Part shown: positions 60,988 through 64,000 of the stretch, piece after piece
Layout: every line of letters starts with the position of its first letter
How positions within the stretch are numbered: position 1 is the first letter of the stretch
Assembly (NCBI GenBank): GCA_963754315.1
Contig: CAVWFS010000009.1
Location: 1-64,000 of the forward strand
Direction of reading: 5' to 3'
Length of the DNA stretch: 64,000 bases
DNA from: an uncultured Candidatus Rokubacteria bacterium
GTDB lineage: Bacteria; Methylomirabilota; Methylomirabilia; Rokubacteriales; CSP1-6
Program-made: the position numbers and the translations under genes
The notes under the pieces: model-generated
Told to the model about the DNA's origin: nothing
Database searches by the model: none
What the model saw: only the letters and a program-made list of their open reading frames with translations

Positions 60988-62701
60988 ATGCCCTACGACC
61001 TGGTGATCAAGAACGGCGTGGTGATCGACGGATCGGGCTTGCCCCGGTATCGCGCCGACGTCGGAGTGCGGCATGGTCGCATCGTGACCATCGGTCGCAT
61101 CCGTGAGGCCGCCCGCGAGGTCATCGACGCCGACGGCCAGGTGGTGGCGCCCGGCTTCGTGGATGGGCATACCCACATGGACGCGCAGATCTTCTGGGAT
61201 CCACTCGGCACGTCCTCCTGCTGGCACGGCATCACCAGCGTCGTGATGGGGAATTGCGGCTTCACGCTCGCCCCCTGCGCGAAGGCCAACCGGCACATGG
61301 TCGTTCGCAATCTGCAGCGCGCCGAGGACATCCCGCCCCAGGCCATGGAGGCCGGGATCGAGTGGTCCTGGACCACCTTTCCGGAGTTCCTGGACGCGCT
61401 GGACGCGTTACCGAAGGGCATCAACTACTCGGGTTACATCGGCCACTCTGCCCTGCGGACCTACGTGATGGGGGAACGCGCCTTCGACCAGGCCGCCAAC
61501 GAGGACGACCTGAGGGCAATGGAGCGTGAGCTTCGCGACGCGCTGCGCGCCGGGGCCATGGGGTTCACCACCTCGCGCTCGCCTGCTCACGAAACGGCTC
61601 GGTGGGCAACCGGTGGCGAGCCGTCTGGCCACCTGGGACGAGGTACGTCGGCTGGTCGGCGTGATGGGCGATCTCAACGCAGGCATCTTCGAGCTGGCCG
61701 GGGAAGGGGTAGATCGCGCCGCCGGCGACCCGGGACTGCGCGAGTATCACGTCCGGCTCCGTGATCTGGCGATCGAAACGGGTCGCCCCATCACATTCGG
61801 CGTGTTCAGCCGGCGCGGGGTGCCGGACGTCTGGCGCAAGTACCTCGACCTGCTCGACGAGACGGCGGCCATGGGCGGGCGCATGTTCGCCCAGGTCCAC
61901 AGCCGATGGCTCAGCGCGCTGCTCTCGTTCAAGACCCAGATGCCGTTCGATCACCTGCCGGTCTGGAAGGAGTTGCGCGCGCGACCCCTGGCCGAGCAAC
62001 GGCACCAGCTTCGCGACCCGGCCTTGCGCGGCCGGCTGCTCGAGGCGTCGGGGGTGCGCTCGAACCGCAAAACGGTCGGGACCGAGGCCCGCGACGCCGA
62101 CTACGACGTGTTGCGCGTCTTCGACACCGTGCAAGGGCCGCATCGGACGGTGGCGGAGGTCGCCCGCGAGCGTGGGCAGCACCCGGCGGAGACCATGATC
62201 GAGCTGGCTCTCGAGAAGGACCTCGATCTGTTCTTCCTTCAGCCCGTCGCCAACGAAGACCAGGACTATGCTCTGGAGCTCATGCGCCACCCACGCACCG
62301 TCACAACCTTCTCCGACTCGGGCGCGCACGTGTCGCAGCTCATGGACTCCTCGCTGCAGACCCACCTCCTGAGTCACTGGGTGCGGGACAAGCAGGCGTT
62401 CACGCTCGAGCAGGCGGTGCGCATGCTGTCCCTGGTGCCGGCCACCTACTGGGGCTTCGCCGACCGTGGGCTCATCCGGGAAGGCATGGCCGCGGACCTG
62501 GTCGTCTTCGATCCAGATACCATCTCAGCGGAGATGCCAGAGGTCGTGGACGATTTGCCGGCCGGGGCTCGGCGTCTCATCCAGCGCACCCGCGGCGTCG
62601 CCGCCACGGTGGTCAACGGCGAGATCCTCCTCCGGGACGGCAAGCACACAGGCGCGTTGCCCGGACAACTGCTGCGCGGACCCCTCGCCCGGGCGCGCTA
62701 G
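60988..62701 (+). CDS. N-acyl-D-amino-acid deacylase-like amidohydrolase, frameshift near 61600
   Basis: YDLVIKNG, PGFVDGHTHMD, MGNCG, SDSGAH, ADLVVFDP, TVVNG. Confidence 0.88.
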
Positions 62702-62717
62702 CCCGACCACCGTGATG

Positions 62718-62746
62718 GGGGTGGGGCCCGTTGGGGCTCCCACCCC
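62718..62746 (+). terminator. GC-rich hairpin after the amidohydrolase gene
   Basis: GGGGTGGG...CCCACCCC stem 17 bp after the stop; no U-tract. Confidence 0.4.
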
Positions 62747-62782
62747 GCGGCCGGTGGTCAACTTAGTCATAAGGGTGATGCG

Positions 62783-63000
62783 ATGGCCACGCTGATCAAC
62801 GTTCATGAGGCGAAGACGCACCTCTCCCGGATCCTCGACCGGGTTCACCGCGGAGAGGATATCGTGCTCGCGAAGGCAGGAAAGCCGTACGTCAAGCTGG
62901 TGCCGGTGCGCCCCGCTCAGAAAGCGGAAACCCGGATTTCTCAAGGGTAGGGTTACGGCAGCGTTCTTCGACCGGTTGCCCGAGGAGGAGATCGCTTCAG
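62783..63000 (+). pseudogene. orphan Phd/YefM antitoxin, frameshifted near 62915 and lacking its normal end
   Basis: MATLINVHEAKTHLSRILDRVHRGEDIVLAKAGKPYVKLVP / RKRKPGFLKGRVTAAFFDRLPEEEIA runs into the convergent vapC. Confidence 0.7.
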
Positions 63001-63419
63001 GCCGGAACGGAGAAGCCCTCGTGCCGGGCCGCCAGGGCCAGGCGGCGGTCGAGCGTGCAGAACATCCGGCCCTGCGGATGCCCCTCGGCCCAGCGCAGGG
63101 CGGCGCCCAGCTGAAGGGCGTCGAAAGCCCGGAGAGGATGAAGGCGCAGCAGTCTCGAGGCCATCGACTTGACCGTCTCCACGTCGATGACGACGTGGCA
63201 TGTGCGAATGATCGCATCCAGGCGCGCCTCGGCGGACTGCGCGAGGTCATCGTCGAGCGCGTTCTCGCGGACGAGACGGCGAAGCGCGGAGACAATCTCC
63301 ACCGGGGTGAGTGTCCATACGACCAAGCGGTCGTCCAGCTCGACCCAGGCCGCCACGCGAGCCGAGGCTTCCTGCTCGATCAGCAGGGGAACCATGGCCG
63401 AGCTGTCCCAGAACCTCAG
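62997..63419 (-). CDS. vapC: PIN-domain (VapC) toxin
   Basis: (L/M)RFWDSSAMVPLL, TPVEIVSALRR, LRAFDALQL, FCTLDRRL; apparent CTG start overlapping the antitoxin stop. Confidence 0.85.
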   Translation of the reverse strand: MRFWDSSAMVPLLIEQEASARVAAWVELDDRLVVWTLTPVEIVSALRRLVRENALDDDLAQSAEARLDAIIRTCHVVIDVETVKSMASRLLRLHPLRAFDALQLGAALRWAEGHPQGRMFCTLDRRLALAARHEGFSVPA

Positions 63420-63733
63420 GGGGCCTCCGTCCGCTCTCGCAGGAGCGCCGCCACCACGTCGGCATCGACCGCGGGTCGGCTCGCCAACCACGTCGGCGAC
63501 AGCTTGCCGGTACCCCGACGGACTACCCCGTGCTGCTCGAGGCGGTTCAGCCATTCGGCCTCGCTCTCAGGAATGAAGGCGGTGGTGCTGACCCGGTCGA
63601 TGCGCGCGATGACCCGGTCACGATCACAGACCAGGATCGATTCGCCTCGCTGCACACGCCGCAGGTAATAGCTCAGCCTGTTCTTCAACTCGGCGATCTT
63701 GACACGCCGGGACCCACCGCGAGAGGCCTTCAT
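63416..63733 (-). CDS. Phd/YefM-family antitoxin
   Basis: VKIAELKNRLSYYLRRVQRGESILVCDRDRVIARI; DVVAALLRER tail. Confidence 0.88.
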   Translation of the reverse strand: MKASRGGSRRVKIAELKNRLSYYLRRVQRGESILVCDRDRVIARIDRVSTTAFIPESEAEWLNRLEQHGVVRRGTGKLSPTWLASRPAVDADVVAALLRERTEAP

Positions 63734-63740
63734 GCGGTCA

Positions 63741-63769
63741 GATATAGCTATCACATGGCCATGTGTCAA
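63741..63769 (-). promoter_or_regulatory. sigma70 promoter with embedded operator palindromes
   Basis: Minus strand TTGACA-N17-TATATC; perfect palindromes CACATGGCCATGTG (63752-63765) and ATAGCTAT (63744-63751). Confidence 0.75.
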
Positions 63770-63840
63770 GGGCTCGCGCCGTGGACGTTTTCGCCCCGGC
63801 TCGCCTTGACGTCCGCTTCGATCCATTGCTAGGCTGCGCC

Positions 63841-64000
63841 ATGACGACCCTGGAAGCGTCCTGCACCCGGCGCGCGCGCTGGGCGCGGGCCCGCTCGGGC
63901 GGAAGGTGGCGCTCGGCCTGTTGCTGGCCGTGCTGCTCTTCCTGACCGCCTATCCCATGGGCATGCTCGTGTACGGGAGTTTGCACACCACCCCGCCGGG
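63841..64000 (+). CDS. start of a probable iron-type ABC permease (truncated by window edge, probable frameshift)
   Basis: Shifted frame reads VALGLLLAVLLFLTAYPMGMLVYGSLHTTPP; TTGACG-N18-TAGGCT upstream. Confidence 0.45.

Noticed and set aside
1..64000. CRISPR arrays, tRNA/rRNA genes, IS transposases, integrases
   Set aside because: No spaced repeat array, cloverleaf or DDE/recombinase motifs recognised by eye; short structured RNAs could have been missed

Overview
High-GC (visually ~68%) bacterial chromosome segment. The gene repertoire resembles Candidatus Rokubacteria/Methylomirabilota (inference): an ABC_sub_bind remnant, DUF222-HNH, zinc-ribbon/cyclase/AAA/TPR proteins and several TA modules. 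About 15 genes are split by short indels, most likely long-read errors. 1-30 kb is mostly metabolic or accessory: LLM monooxygenase, ketopantoate-reductase family, MFS, RtcB, DMT, a vapBC pair, a sugar ABC transporter, an aliA/badI/badH-like cyclohexanecarboxylate cluster, a Mo-hydroxylase, and an alpha/beta-hydrolase plus TPR-trypsin gene pair resembling a protease-activated effector module. The main feature is a ~28 kb, tightly coupled minus-strand operon (58247->30152) behind a sigma54-like promoter. Order: PPTase, cyclase-AAA-TPR, small helical protein, PKS (KS-AT-DH-KR-ACP-TE), patatin, second cyclase-AAA-TPR, two degenerate patatins, second small helical protein, acyl ligase, SDR, ACP, second PKS (KS-AT-DH-KR-ACP-TE), MDR reductase. 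Both TE domains carry Cys (GHCLG) instead of Ser. I know of no described system with this composition. 58.8-64 kb holds HAD, a flavin monooxygenase, 3-hydroxyanthranilate dioxygenase, an amidohydrolase and more TA genes. No rRNA, tRNA or CRISPR array was recognised. All calls come from reading motifs by eye; no database search was run.
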